NCBI GenBank assembly: GCA_964597145.1
Contig: CAZQWH010000001.1
Span: 166,441 to 230,440, forward strand
Length of the DNA: 64,000 bases
From: an uncultured Candidatus Saccharibacteria bacterium
GTDB lineage: Bacteria > Patescibacteriota > CAZHWT01
Reading direction: 5' to 3'
Shown piece by piece: positions 50,055-59,928 of the stretch (positions within the stretch are counted from its first letter, which is position 1; every line of letters starts with the position of its first letter). The translations under genes and the position numbers were made by a program. The notes beneath the pieces were generated by a model that saw only the letters and a program-made list of their open reading frames with translations, was not told where the DNA came from and made no database searches.

Positions 50055-50378
50055 ATGACTTGGGATTGGTCTACGGGATTTATGGATCCGAATGCGCCGG
50101 GGATCAATGAGGCCAAGCGACGGCAAGCGGCAGCCGAGAGCCTGATTCGCAAGCTAGGGAGAGGAGATGATGAACTCTCTATAACTCTTGGCAGCATGCT
50201 TCTTTGGGAGCCTTTATATAACGTCGATGATTGCGGTGAGCTGCGTCGATTTGGTGCCGATGGTATCCGCGATCAACTTGAACGGTTCAAGCAGCTACCG
50301 AGTGCTATGCTCACCGATGATGAGCAGGCATTAATACGGGACCTAGATGCGGTGATTGAGCGTTACCCTGAGGGGTAA
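50055..50378 (+). CDS. Hypothetical protein
   Basis: AAGGAG RBS, 107 aa, downstream hairpin. Confidence 0.6.
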   Translation: MTWDWSTGFMDPNAPGINEAKRRQAAAESLIRKLGRGDDELSITLGSMLLWEPLYNVDDCGELRRFGADGIRDQLERFKQLPSAMLTDDEQALIRDLDAVIERYPEG

Positions 50379-50440
50379 GTAAGATAAAAACCTATAAGCA
50401 ATGCCCTCACGACCCCAGCGGGCTGAGGGCTACTCTTACA

Positions 50441-51236
50441 CTTACCAAGTGGTTATCCCTTGACACATAACTTTCAAGGGCGTAATAGTTAAAGCATAAT
50501 TCAACTGCCTCAGAAAGGCAGTTATGTATATTCCTCAACCTAACTTTGCAAATGGTGAAATTTATCACATTTATAACCGCGGTATTGACCGCCGGCCGAT
50601 TTTTACCAACAAGCAGGAATATCGTCGGCTAATCCAATCCTTAGCCTTTTATATCCCCACCGACACCTCCATTCGGCTCTCTCATTACTTGGTGATGAGC
50701 CAGGGCGATCAACAGAAAGTCGACCTTCGCCGCCAAATGGCTTCTCGACGCGTCTCCACGCTCTCATACTGCCTGATGCCTAATCATTTTCATCTATTAC
50801 TTCGTCAGGAGAGCGAAGGTGGTATTTCTGAGTACTTAAGACTGTTGCAAAACAGCTACGCCCGCTATTTTAATATCAAACACTCTCGGTCCGGAGCTTT
50901 GTTTGAAGGTATATTCAAAGCAGTCTATATCGAATCACAACAACAATTAGTCCATGTTTCCCGCTATATTCACCTCAATCCCTACACGGCCTACCTTGTG
51001 AAAGATCCCAGCAACCTTGCTAACTATGCCTGGTCATCATTGCGTGACTATGTCGCGCCATCGCCGACTAGTTTTATTGACACCCAGACAATTCTTAGTG
51101 ATTTTTCCAGTACCTCAGCTTACTATGACTTTGTACTTGATCAGGCCGACTACCAACGCAGTCTGGTAAAATATGGACATCTAATCCTTGAGGATGAAGT
51201 AAAAAGCTAAGTGTCAGGAGATAACCACTTGGCAAG
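50441..51236 (+). mobile_element. Y1 (IS200/RAYT-type) transposase unit bounded by 26-bp inverted repeats
   Basis: CTTACCAAGTGGTTATCCCTTGACAC at 50441-50466 versus GTGTCAGGAGATAACCACTTGGCAAG at 51211-51236 (23/26 complementary). Confidence 0.7.
50524..51210 (+). CDS. HUH Y1 tyrosine transposase (RAYT-like)
   Basis: YHIYNRG, YCLMPNHFHLLL (HUH), YFN.KH.RSG.LF, YIHLNP, WSS. Confidence 0.92.
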   Translation: MYIPQPNFANGEIYHIYNRGIDRRPIFTNKQEYRRLIQSLAFYIPTDTSIRLSHYLVMSQGDQQKVDLRRQMASRRVSTLSYCLMPNHFHLLLRQESEGGISEYLRLLQNSYARYFNIKHSRSGALFEGIFKAVYIESQQQLVHVSRYIHLNPYTAYLVKDPSNLANYAWSSLRDYVAPSPTSFIDTQTILSDFSSTSAYYDFVLDQADYQRSLVKYGHLILEDEVKS

Positions 51237-51278
51237 TATACGGAATTTAAGAGCCGATCTATTTGCTATACTTCCACT

Positions 51279-51794
51279 ATGATCCTCACGTATCCCCGAG
51301 ATCCCAGGCTTATTACAGTTCGACGAGGCGGTACGCTCACCCAGACAAACCATCACTGGTTGGCGTTATGGGCTTCAGCTTGTGCTGAGCATGTCCTACA
51401 CTTATTTGAACAGGTACAACCTGACGATAGCCGACCTCACCAGGCAATCGAATTAGCTCAGATGTGGGCCCGAGGCGAGGCAACTATGTCTCAGGCTCGT
51501 ACGGCTGGTGGTCATGCCAATGCTGCGGCTAGGGATCAGACAGGAGCGGCTCGTTATGCTGCATATGCTGCTGCTCAGGCAGCACTGGTTGCACATGTTG
51601 CTGCCCACGATCTAGGAGCAGCGGCTTATGCTATCAAGGCGGTACAGGCGGCAGTTCAGAAAGTGCAGCAAGAACAAGCTGGTCGCCAAGAATGCCAATG
51701 GCAGCGCACCCAACTACCAGCCAACATACAAAATCTAGTCCTAGATGACCAGCGGTTGCGTAACCACGTATGTTGGCATGTTTTTGAATGTTAA
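51279..51794 (+). CDS. Imm5-like protein
   Basis: LALWA..CAEHVL.LFE...P.D.RP..AI, AHVAAH.LGAAAYA. Confidence 0.8.
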   Translation: MILTYPRDPRLITVRRGGTLTQTNHHWLALWASACAEHVLHLFEQVQPDDSRPHQAIELAQMWARGEATMSQARTAGGHANAAARDQTGAARYAAYAAAQAALVAHVAAHDLGAAAYAIKAVQAAVQKVQQEQAGRQECQWQRTQLPANIQNLVLDDQRLRNHVCWHVFEC

Positions 51795-51842
51795 TAACCT
51801 ACCCAGATAATATCCTCTATCATTCCTGTTATTTATATTTAT

Positions 51843-51920
51843 CTGAGTTAATTACATTTAATTATATAATTTATTATATAATTAAATAATCACAATTTGT
51901 GACTAAAATACCAAAGTATC
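51843..51920 (+). repeat. Dispersed AT-rich palindromic element, copy 3
   Basis: CTGAGTTA at 51843; TTAATTATATAAT-TT-ATTATATAATTAA at 51858-51885; AAGTATC at 51914. Confidence 0.9.
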
Positions 51921-52010
51921 ACAATGAGCTGAGTAAAGGTTTGTGGTAAGGTTGATCCAGATTACCTGGCTAATCAGGAGGAGGGACTATTCGGCTTATG
52001 AGGCTTATAG

Positions 52011-52517
52011 ATGACTAATCTAAAAGTGATCAGCACACGCACACCAGATGGCCCGTTTTCTATGGTGGTAGACCAGGCTGATATTGTCCGACTATCGGGG
52101 TTTAGTGATGTAGAACAACTAGCTAAACGTCTGCCTCGGAAACTACAAGGGTTGCCAATAAGCCCAGTTACGAATCATCCTTATATACAAGCGATAAAAG
52201 CTTATTATGACGGAGATACCGCCGCGTTGGTGAACATTCCCCGTAGCCAGAATGGCAGTCACTTTCAAGAACAAGTCTGGCGAGCAATTGACCGTATTCC
52301 TCTTGGCCATACCCTAACCTACAAACAGTTGGCCACGGCCTCCGGCTACCCTACCGCTGTACGAGCTACAGGAACAGCCTGCGGCGCAAATAAATTGATC
52401 CTGCTTGTACCTTGTCACCGAGTACTCAAAAGCGATGGAGGTATTGGCAGCTATCTTTACGGTTCAGCTATTAAAACATCGCTACTTAGGCACGAAAAGG
52501 TGCTACGTGGCTCTTAA
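52011..52517 (+). CDS. ogt: Methylated-DNA--protein-cysteine methyltransferase
   Basis: FQ..VW....IP.G.T.TY..LA, AVRA.G.ACG.N, VPCHRV. Confidence 0.92.
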   Translation: MTNLKVISTRTPDGPFSMVVDQADIVRLSGFSDVEQLAKRLPRKLQGLPISPVTNHPYIQAIKAYYDGDTAALVNIPRSQNGSHFQEQVWRAIDRIPLGHTLTYKQLATASGYPTAVRATGTACGANKLILLVPCHRVLKSDGGIGSYLYGSAIKTSLLRHEKVLRGS

Positions 52518-52780
52518 TGGCAACCTCACGTTTAAACCATAACACCTAATTTAAAAGTTGCAAATACTCATTAGCCGCGAATTGTTATTAAGTTCTCCAC
52601 CTGGCAGGTGAGTATCGTAAGCATATAAATTTAAATCTTTCTACCAGTTTTCGCCAACAAGCTTAAAGTTGCCACCTATGACAACCCTACCATGAGTACA
52701 ATAAACCGTAGGTGCAATGATAGTATATAATACTATAAGCCTAATATCTTAAAGTTGTCACTTCATCAGGGAGAGCTAGG

Positions 52781-52957
52781 GTGAGACTGGCAGATCTCCG
52801 AGACTGCGCTGATGAGATTCATGCAGTCAAGGACAGGTACGGTATCGTTGTCTTTGCCCTGTCGTTTGTGGATTGGGGGCTACGCAAACTATTCGCCGCA
52901 TTGAGGTTGCTACCCAAACATGGCCATTGGCGAGACCTTCGTTTTCCAGGCAAGTAA
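52781..52957 (+). CDS. Small unlisted ORF (58 aa)
   Basis: GGGAGAG RBS, GTG start, MRLADLRDCADEIHAVKDRYGIVVFALSFVDWGLRKLF...GK*; terminator CGGGCGCTA/TAGCGCCCG-TTTTT at 52988-53011. Confidence 0.55.
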   Translation: MRLADLRDCADEIHAVKDRYGIVVFALSFVDWGLRKLFAALRLLPKHGHWRDLRFPGK

Positions 52958-53159
52958 ATTGTTACTGCCTTCTTATATACAAGACATCGGGCGCTACTAG
53001 CGCCCGTTTTTCTTTGTCTTGCGAGTCGGTAATTTCAATTATATAAACCAAGTATCACTACTTGTGATCTACCAAGTCTTCAATAGCTATAAAATCTCTC
53101 ACTCTGTCGTGCAGATAAAAACAATACACTGCTTTATAAAGCTCTGTTATCATGAATAG

Positions 53160-53594
53160 ATGCCGCAATTAAGCAAGACTACGCGACTAAAACTTTTCAT
53201 ACCCTTTATATATTTTGGCTGCTCGCTGCTCTTTTTCCTATTTACTTGGCCGCCACGCGCCGAAACTCACCATTTAATAGGAGTTTTGGTAGCAGTCGTT
53301 GGGTTTCTTCTTTGGTTAATAGCTCGTATACAACTTGGCAATGCCTTTACCATAGCCCCAGAAGCGCACTTCATTGTAAGTGGTGGCTTATATAGCAAGT
53401 TCCGCCACCCCGTCTATTATTTTTCAACACTGGCGGTAATTGGCCTCGGTATCTATATTTGGCTTTGGCCTATGCTAGTGGTTCTAGCAGTGATGATTAA
53501 CTTAGAGGCTTTTCGTCTGCAGAAAGAAGACGAGCAACTGACAAAAAAGTTTGGGCAGCAATACCTGGAATATAAAAAATCAACCTGGCTTTAA
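53160..53594 (+). CDS. Isoprenylcysteine carboxyl methyltransferase (ICMT/PEMT) family protein
   Basis: GLYSKFRHP.Y, E...L.KKFG..Y.EY. Confidence 0.85.
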   Translation: MPQLSKTTRLKLFIPFIYFGCSLLFFLFTWPPRAETHHLIGVLVAVVGFLLWLIARIQLGNAFTIAPEAHFIVSGGLYSKFRHPVYYFSTLAVIGLGIYIWLWPMLVVLAVMINLEAFRLQKEDEQLTKKFGQQYLEYKKSTWL

Positions 53595-53781
53595 TGTAGT
53601 CAAAGGCATGCATGTTCATACCCCCAGACATTCCTTTGATGACTTGATTGAGATAAAGCTCACTTGTTGCGTATCAATTCTCATAGGTCTGTGAGTTTTA
53701 AATGTGCAGGTTCATCAGGCACCTATGCAGCTGTAAGTCCATCACCAACCAACGCAGATGCGGTATGATTGAAGGACGCTT

Positions 53782-53961
53782 ATGTTTTCACGTAAATTTC
53801 TTATCTATCTTGGCATAGCAGTTGGCTCGGGGCTAGGCAGCATGGTGCCCCATTTATGGGGATCGGCGGCACTTTCGGGGTGGGGATTACTCTTTGGTAG
53901 CATTGGTGCAGTGGCAGGTTTTTATGTGGGGTTTAAGTTAGGAGAATGGGTAGAGCAATAG
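53782..53961 (+). CDS. Small Gly-rich membrane protein (59 aa, not in ORF track)
   Basis: MFSRKFLIYLGIAVGSGLGSMVPHLWG...GSIGAVAGFYVGFKLG; AAGGA RBS. Confidence 0.7.
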   Translation: MFSRKFLIYLGIAVGSGLGSMVPHLWGSAALSGWGLLFGSIGAVAGFYVGFKLGEWVEQ

Positions 53962-53968
53962 CTGGCTT

Positions 53969-54298
53969 TTAGGTAAATAACTGTCGTAAGGCGGTTTTTA
54001 CCGCTTCTCGTTTTCCAGTTTGCAGTGTGCCTACCGTATTCTCAATAATTGATGACTCAAGAGTGAATAGTTTATCTGGCCGAATAAAACTATCAATCTG
54101 CAGTGATCCGTTATCAAAATCCCCTGACGTGAGAGGGATGGCTCGTTTACTGGTATGAGCATTGGAGGTAATTTGACAGACAATTAGATTATTGAATTCT
54201 GCCTTGCCCACTATCAATGCCGGCCGCTTCTTGAGCCGGGTTAGATCAGCATACGGAAACGACACAATAATTACATCGCCTACTGTAAATGGACCCAT
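53969..54298 (-). CDS. PemK/MazF-family toxin
   Basis: GDVIIVSFPYADL...KKRPALIV, CQITS, IRPDKLFT. Confidence 0.9.
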   Translation of the reverse strand: MGPFTVGDVIIVSFPYADLTRLKKRPALIVGKAEFNNLIVCQITSNAHTSKRAIPLTSGDFDNGSLQIDSFIRPDKLFTLESSIIENTVGTLQTGKREAVKTALRQLFT

Positions 54299-54525
54299 GC
54301 TTCGTCTTCCTCTGGGGTATCCCAGTCGCTGAGACTATTGAGGCTCAATAAATACTCCTCATTAAATACTTTGTTGTGTTTAGACGGTACAGGTGAGGGA
54401 GTTATTTTAATTTCACCCTTAGTAGCCTTTAGTTCGACGTTCCCCGCTAAGCCACTTTCTTCTAAAAGCGGTTTTGGGATACGAACACCTTTTGAATTTC
54501 CAATAGTAATGATAGATGTTTTCAT
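54280..54525 (-). CDS. AbrB/MazE-family antitoxin
   Basis: IGNSKGVRIPK.LL, W.TPEEDEAW; overlaps the toxin start; operator-like palindrome ATGTAATTACAT at 54524-54535. Confidence 0.9.
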   Translation of the reverse strand: MKTSIITIGNSKGVRIPKPLLEESGLAGNVELKATKGEIKITPSPVPSKHNKVFNEEYLLSLNSLSDWDTPEEDEAWVHLQ

Positions 54526-54646
54526 GTAATTACATTATATATACATAGCAAGTTGGCTGTCAAACTTACATAGCTGTGGCACACATAAAACATTAAACCA
54601 AATGGTCCAACCTTGCCCGTTGTTTGCATTATAGAATCTGGAGGAA

Positions 54647-55042
54647 TTATGATTTCTTTTTCTTAGATTGGTTGAGCTGGACGGCGTTGCAGATTAGGTC
54701 TTTGAAGGCCGCCTCGTCAATCTCATCTTCTTTACGAATAATCACGGCTCGGTAGGAATTGATCAGGCCCTTGGGATCATCGAGATCGGGACCCTTGGCA
54801 AAACCAATTCGCAGATGTTTTTTATAGGTTTCACCGGTGCAAATCATGCCGTCATGCGACCAGAGTGGCACGCCGTCTGGATTGGAGGGAGTTTTCCATT
54901 TAACCGCCTCAACTACGTCTGGGTCGGCCTGGTTAATCAAAGTACGAATCTGTGCCAATTTCTGCCCCCGCCAATCAGCAAACTTGGCAATTATCGCCTC
55001 TATCTCGTCCGATGGTGGGGTGTCTTTGGTAAATGATGCCAT
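54647..55042 (-). CDS. DUF1801 (YdhG-like) protein
   Basis: DWRG..L..IR.LI..ADP.V.E.VKW, F.KG..L.DP. Confidence 0.85.
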   Translation of the reverse strand: MASFTKDTPPSDEIEAIIAKFADWRGQKLAQIRTLINQADPDVVEAVKWKTPSNPDGVPLWSHDGMICTGETYKKHLRIGFAKGPDLDDPKGLINSYRAVIIRKEDEIDEAAFKDLICNAVQLNQSKKKKS

Positions 55043-55248
55043 GGCAACTACACCCTACCATGGCGGAAATAACTATGTAAATAAATAGAATACGAATAAG
55101 CGCGGAAATTGCATTATTTGTTTAATTCTGCGGTTGTCGTGGGTAAGCGAGCATAAATAGTAAAAGGTAGATGTCAGGGAAAACTGCTTGGTAAGTCTAA
55201 GAATCTCGTTATTCACTATGGCTATGGCGACAACTAGTTTGCTACAAT

Positions 55249-56739
55249 ATGGCTAACGCCATGAGCAGCCCTGATTCTCTACCTCTTGTAATAGTTATCA
55301 CTCATTTTGTTAATTTGTTTGCAATTGTTTTGTTAATCCGCAGTGGGTTACATATTCTCGCCGACCACCCCAAACTTTATTGGACAGATCATACTACCGA
55401 GAATAACCACTGGCTCAAATTTGGTAAAAAGAAAATGCCCCAAGACCAGATTTGGACTGCCCATGACGAAGTCGAGCCAATTGGACGGTTTGCCTTGCCA
55501 GGGGGTGGACATAAAGATTTCGGATCAGCCCGAAATTGGCATTTTGCCGCAGCCACTATTTGGATAATCACCGGAATAATTTATTATGGCTTTCTGTTTA
55601 TATCGGGAGAGTGGCAGCGATTAATTCCAACTAGTTGGGAGGTTTTTCCTCAAGCCCTCGACGCATTTATAAATTATATCCAATTTAAGATTCCACCAGA
55701 GTCAGCCTTCCAGCCATACGACGCCCTCCAGCAGTTAGCCTACGCGGTCGTAGTATTTGGTCTGGCTCCATTAATGGTTATAACAGCCATTGCCATGTCG
55801 CCAGCCCTAACCGGTTGGTACCCAGGATATCTCAAACTCTTTGGCGGCCGGCGGCAAGCTGCCCGCAGTCTACACTTTTTGGGAATGATTGGGTTTACCT
55901 TATTCATTCTCATCCATGTCACCTTAATATCCTTAGTCTACTTCTATCGCAACGTCAAACTAATTACTTTTGGTACCACCAATGTAGATATAGCTGCAGC
56001 CTTAACGGTGTTCGTGGCTGGATTGTTAATAGTCGTGGTCTTTAATGTGTGGGCCAGTTATATCACTATCAACCATCGGATAGTTACCCGTAAGTTCCTA
56101 GTTGGGTTCTATACCCCGTTTATTAAGGCAACTCTGGGGAAGTTTCATTCGCGCCAACAATATAGCGAACAGGATATATCCACATTCTTCCGGGTGAATG
56201 GTTACCCACCCAAAACCGAAGCATACAAACAACTACAAGCAACCAACTTCCAAGGTTGGAGGTTAACTATTGGTGGCATGGTTGACCAGGAAGTAGCTCT
56301 ATCCCTGGCAGAATTAAAAAAATTGCCCAGCCATACTCAAATTACCAAACATATTTGCATTCAAGGCTGGTCAGCAATTGCCCAATGGCAAGGCGTTCAA
56401 ATGCGCCATATCGTAAATATGGTTAAACCCCAGCAGGGAGTGCGGTTTGTGGTGTTCTACGCCTATGATGAAGATGAAAACGGCAAGCCGTTCTACGAAG
56501 CCTTGCGCTTGGAAGATATGAATGACGACCAAACAATACTAGCCTATGCCATGAATGGTCAGGATTTACCCATCAATCATGGCGCACCAATTCGGTTACG
56601 TTGTGAAAAGAAATTAGGTTATAAAATGATTAAGTATATTAAGCGAATAGAATTTGTGCACGACTTTGCCCATATAGGACAAGGGCGTGGTGGCTACCGT
56701 GAAGATGAAGTCTTATTCGACTGGGAAGCCAGTATTTAA
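55249..56739 (+). CDS. Cytochrome b-like membrane domain fused to a sulfite-oxidase-family molybdopterin domain
   Basis: H..N, RNWHF, YD.LQQLAY, ARSLHF; H.CIQGWS..AQW.G, LAY.MNG..LP..HGAP.RLR, GYKM.K. Confidence 0.88.
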   Translation: MANAMSSPDSLPLVIVITHFVNLFAIVLLIRSGLHILADHPKLYWTDHTTENNHWLKFGKKKMPQDQIWTAHDEVEPIGRFALPGGGHKDFGSARNWHFAAATIWIITGIIYYGFLFISGEWQRLIPTSWEVFPQALDAFINYIQFKIPPESAFQPYDALQQLAYAVVVFGLAPLMVITAIAMSPALTGWYPGYLKLFGGRRQAARSLHFLGMIGFTLFILIHVTLISLVYFYRNVKLITFGTTNVDIAAALTVFVAGLLIVVVFNVWASYITINHRIVTRKFLVGFYTPFIKATLGKFHSRQQYSEQDISTFFRVNGYPPKTEAYKQLQATNFQGWRLTIGGMVDQEVALSLAELKKLPSHTQITKHICIQGWSAIAQWQGVQMRHIVNMVKPQQGVRFVVFYAYDEDENGKPFYEALRLEDMNDDQTILAYAMNGQDLPINHGAPIRLRCEKKLGYKMIKYIKRIEFVHDFAHIGQGRGGYREDEVLFDWEASI

Positions 56740-56863
56740 GCAAGTAGGCTTTCAGCGGTCAAATGGACAAAGTTGGCTTCGAAAGCTACGCAGCAGATAA
56801 TTACCCGGCCAGGAATTCATAATACAGTGAATTCATAGTGCAACCTATGATTGCAATAATTTA

Positions 56864-56914
56864 CAGAGATAAAATAAGTTAATTATATAATATATTATAT
56901 AATTAATGAGTATC
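56864..56914 (+). repeat. Dispersed AT-rich palindromic element, copy 4 (between convergent genes)
   Basis: CAGAGATA at 56864; TTAATTATATAAT-AT-ATTATATAATTAA at 56879-56906; GAGTATC at 56908. Confidence 0.9.
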
Positions 56915-56924
56915 CCATCTTTTG

Positions 56925-57398
56925 CTACTTTTGATATCGCAGATAGTATTCTTCAAGGACTGGTTGAAAGTTTCGGTATTGATTGAGGAAGACGAGATAT
57001 CCAGGGAGTTCGGCTAGGTTTACCCATTTATATTGTTGAACTTCGGTACGATCTAGTTGAATCTTGGCGTCGGGGTTGATCAGTCTAATGTAGACATGGT
57101 CTTTGTGCTGTCCCTGGTAGAGGTGGGTAATGGGGCGGTCTTCATCAATCATATCCTGCGGGAAGTCGTAAATATTTGGGTAGGATGAAACACCCAAGAC
57201 TTGCAAGTCGTGAGGGTTTAGGCCAAGCTCTTCACCTACTTCGCGCACGGCGTTTTCTTCTGGACTTTCTCCCTCCTCACGTCCCCCACCTGGGAAGTTC
57301 CATTCATCTGGTCGGTAGCTCTGATGTCGAATAAGTAGCAGATTGTTATTCTGATCAAAAATCAATGCATGCGCGCCGAGTCGATACGGTTTGTTCAT
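56925..57398 (-). CDS. NUDIX hydrolase (RppH-like)
   Basis: W.FPGGG.EEGESPEE.A.REV.EELGL Nudix box; Y.GQ. Confidence 0.9.
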   Translation of the reverse strand: MNKPYRLGAHALIFDQNNNLLLIRHQSYRPDEWNFPGGGREEGESPEENAVREVGEELGLNPHDLQVLGVSSYPNIYDFPQDMIDEDRPITHLYQGQHKDHVYIRLINPDAKIQLDRTEVQQYKWVNLAELPGYLVFLNQYRNFQPVLEEYYLRYQK

Positions 57399-57551
57399 AT
57401 TGGTATATTAGTCAAATCTCAGATGGCGGTCAAATGTACATTTGAATATTAGTGATGGGTGGTGAAGTGAGTAGAGGGCAAGCTAGTACTTATTGTCGTG
57501 GTTAGCCTGTAGGAGTACAATTGAATAAATTCGCGGGAAGGGGGTGAAAAG

Positions 57552-58037
57552 ATGGCTCAAACAACTCAAACTTCTAGCGATGATCGAGCGAAGGTTCTAT
57601 CGTTTCCTCCTGCGGTTGGCGCAATATTGATTCTAATCGGAATCGTGTTACATCTGCTCTGCCCATTACACATTTTGGATAATGGTTGGCTGGCGTTGAT
57701 ACTAGGTGTGTTGGTACTAGCTGTTGGTGTTGGCCTACAGGTTGCCTGTATTCGAGTATTCAAAAGAGCTCAAACTACTCCGCTATTTCAGAAACCTACT
57801 ACCAAAGTACTGCAACATGGCTTGTATGCCACATCACGCAACCCTATATATATCGCGGTCTTATTTCAGTTTTTAGGATTGGCGTTACTGGTAAATACAG
57901 CCTGGCTGCTATTAATGTTGCTGATTGTATTCCTTTATCTGCACTTTGGTGTTATCAGTGGTGAAGAGCGGTATCTAGAACAGAAATTCGGCGATGAATA
58001 TAAAAGCTATAAATCAAAAGTCCGTCGGTGGGTATAA
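57552..58037 (+). CDS. ICMT/PEMT family membrane methyltransferase
   Basis: GLY..SRNPIY, EERYLEQKFG.EY..YK.KVRRW. Confidence 0.88.
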   Translation: MAQTTQTSSDDRAKVLSFPPAVGAILILIGIVLHLLCPLHILDNGWLALILGVLVLAVGVGLQVACIRVFKRAQTTPLFQKPTTKVLQHGLYATSRNPIYIAVLFQFLGLALLVNTAWLLLMLLIVFLYLHFGVISGEERYLEQKFGDEYKSYKSKVRRWV

Positions 58038-58096
58038 AAGCCGCTTGATCGCCTGGCCGAAAGCGCCAAGATGGTCAACTATTTCAACGGCGTTGA

Positions 58097-58414
58097 TTAT
58101 GATGCGTTTTGGGGTTTTCGGCGGGCGAGTATGCCTTTGATGGAGGGGCTAATTTCTTTGTCGGTGCGGTGGATACAACCAAGCCAACAGCAGGGGCGGC
58201 GCTGGCCGTCGAGTAATTCCTCGCTGGTGCGTCGGATGCGACGCTCCCGGGTTTGGGCTTGTTTAGCATCCTCGACCCAGCAGATAAATTCATTGCGGGC
58301 TAATGGTGTCAAACCCTCCCACAGTTCAATTACTTTGTCATTAGCAAGTATTGATTGCAGGAGGTCTTTTGGCATGGCATGAGCCACGCCAGCACTTAGT
58401 GTTCGTTCAGACAT
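58097..58414 (-). CDS. YdeI/OmpD-associated family protein (short form)
   Basis: W..LTPLARNEFICWVEDAKQ..TR.RRI, RRPCCW.GC.HR. Confidence 0.85.
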   Translation of the reverse strand: MSERTLSAGVAHAMPKDLLQSILANDKVIELWEGLTPLARNEFICWVEDAKQAQTRERRIRRTSEELLDGQRRPCCWLGCIHRTDKEISPSIKGILARRKPQNAS

Positions 58415-58437
58415 AGGGTAATTATATACTGTCCAGG

Positions 58438-59007
58438 CTACTTTTTGCACAATGTGGAAATATTTTTTATGTCAGAGGCAATCATAATAAGGTCATTGCT
58501 TAATTGATGGCCACCTTGGTTAAGCTCATGCCTTATCGCCTGGGGTAATTTTTGGGCATACAAGGCAAGGTGGGCAAATGGCACAACTTCGTCATCCCGA
58601 CTGTGATACAAATAGATTGGAGTAGACTGAGGGATTCTGGTGGCGATGTTACTCGAGAGCTCCAATTTTTCGTAACCTTCATAACGCCAACCATCTCCAC
58701 CCCAATACGGCGCAGCTAGGAGAAAAATGCCGGCGATTGGTTTTTGGGCCATAGTGTCATCTAGGTATTTGACCAGAATTGAAGCCCCAACCGAATGGCC
58801 AACAAGAATGATTCTTTCCGTCCCGGCTAGTTCCGCCTCAATTTGTTGTCTCCATAGCTCATACGGAGCATTTTCCTCATCCGGCATGGCCGGGTATCGA
58901 ATCTCGTACTCGGATCCAAGAGTGTGACGGAGGCTATCGACTAACGGTGCATCGGCGTGATAAGCCCCCTCGCCCGCGCCGTGGATAAATAGGATTTGTT
59001 TGCTCAT
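58438..59007 (-). CDS. Alpha/beta hydrolase (RBBP9/YdeN-like)
   Basis: LFIHGAG, VGHSVG, HSRDDEVVP, GGHQ. Confidence 0.88.
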   Translation of the reverse strand: MSKQILFIHGAGEGAYHADAPLVDSLRHTLGSEYEIRYPAMPDEENAPYELWRQQIEAELAGTERIILVGHSVGASILVKYLDDTMAQKPIAGIFLLAAPYWGGDGWRYEGYEKLELSSNIATRIPQSTPIYLYHSRDDEVVPFAHLALYAQKLPQAIRHELNQGGHQLSNDLIMIASDIKNISTLCKK

Positions 59008-59116
59008 AATTTAGCTCCTGTATCGATTATAGCTGATAGCATCTTTTGGTTCTATCCCGAGAGGGGCAGTTGACTTAACTCATGTTGACCATCAGCCTTT
59101 TTGCTATGATGGGTTT

Positions 59117-59689
59117 ATGAAAGAGGACTATGAAATCATAGAGTTCAAGAATTTAACCGAGTGGCGGGAGTGGTTGAGCGAAAATCATTCGGCGATTGAT
59201 GGAGTATGGTTGCGGTTGTATAAAAAGGGTATCGGGATTGAATCCGTTTCGCATGCAGGCGCGCTGGACCAAGCTTTGTGTTTTGGTTGGATTGATGGGC
59301 TGAGGAAGGGTTATGATGACCAGTCATTCTTACAGAAATTTACTCCGAGACGGCGGAATAGTCTATGGTCAAAGCGTAATATTGAACATATTGAGCGCCT
59401 GACCAGGTCTGGCTTGATGATGGAAGCTGGACTGGCTGAGGTGGAGCGAGCTAAGGAAGATGGCCGTTGGCAGAAAGCCTATGATTCGTTCCGTAGCATG
59501 ACAGTGCCCGAAGATCTATCATTAGAGTTGGAAAAACGTCCACGAGCTAAGGTATTTTTTGAGTCGTTAAATAAAACCAACAAGTATGCAGTATTGTGGC
59601 GATTGCAAACGGCTAAGACCATAGCTACTCGTCAGAGGCGACTGGATAAGGTTCTGTCTATGCTGGAGGCGGGGGAAAAGTTTCACTAA
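59117..59689 (+). CDS. YdeI/OmpD-associated family protein
   Basis: WR.WL..NH, ALCFGWIDG, FTPRR..S.WS..N. Confidence 0.9.
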   Translation: MKEDYEIIEFKNLTEWREWLSENHSAIDGVWLRLYKKGIGIESVSHAGALDQALCFGWIDGLRKGYDDQSFLQKFTPRRRNSLWSKRNIEHIERLTRSGLMMEAGLAEVERAKEDGRWQKAYDSFRSMTVPEDLSLELEKRPRAKVFFESLNKTNKYAVLWRLQTAKTIATRQRRLDKVLSMLEAGEKFH

Positions 59690-59710
59690 AATTGCTTCGA
59701 TAGATTTGTC

Positions 59711-59857
59711 GTCATGCTGGCCTTCGGCTCTGAGGCTCAGGCTCGAAGAGAGCAAAGCGTATTTTAGACACAAAGTGGCTCGTGCTTTAGCACATAGCAT
59801 CTATAAAAACTTGATTCAGATGAGATCCTATCGTGCGTAAACTCACTCCAGGATGAC
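59711..59857. repeat. REP-like inverted doublet
   Basis: GTCATGCTGGCC... facing ...GATCCTATC...CTCCAGGATGAC. Confidence 0.7.
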
Positions 59858-59928
59858 AGTGGCTGGGTTGGGAAACATACTTTGGGCTGCCTAAGTGTTA
59901 TGATGAGATAACAGTAAGGGAGGAATGC

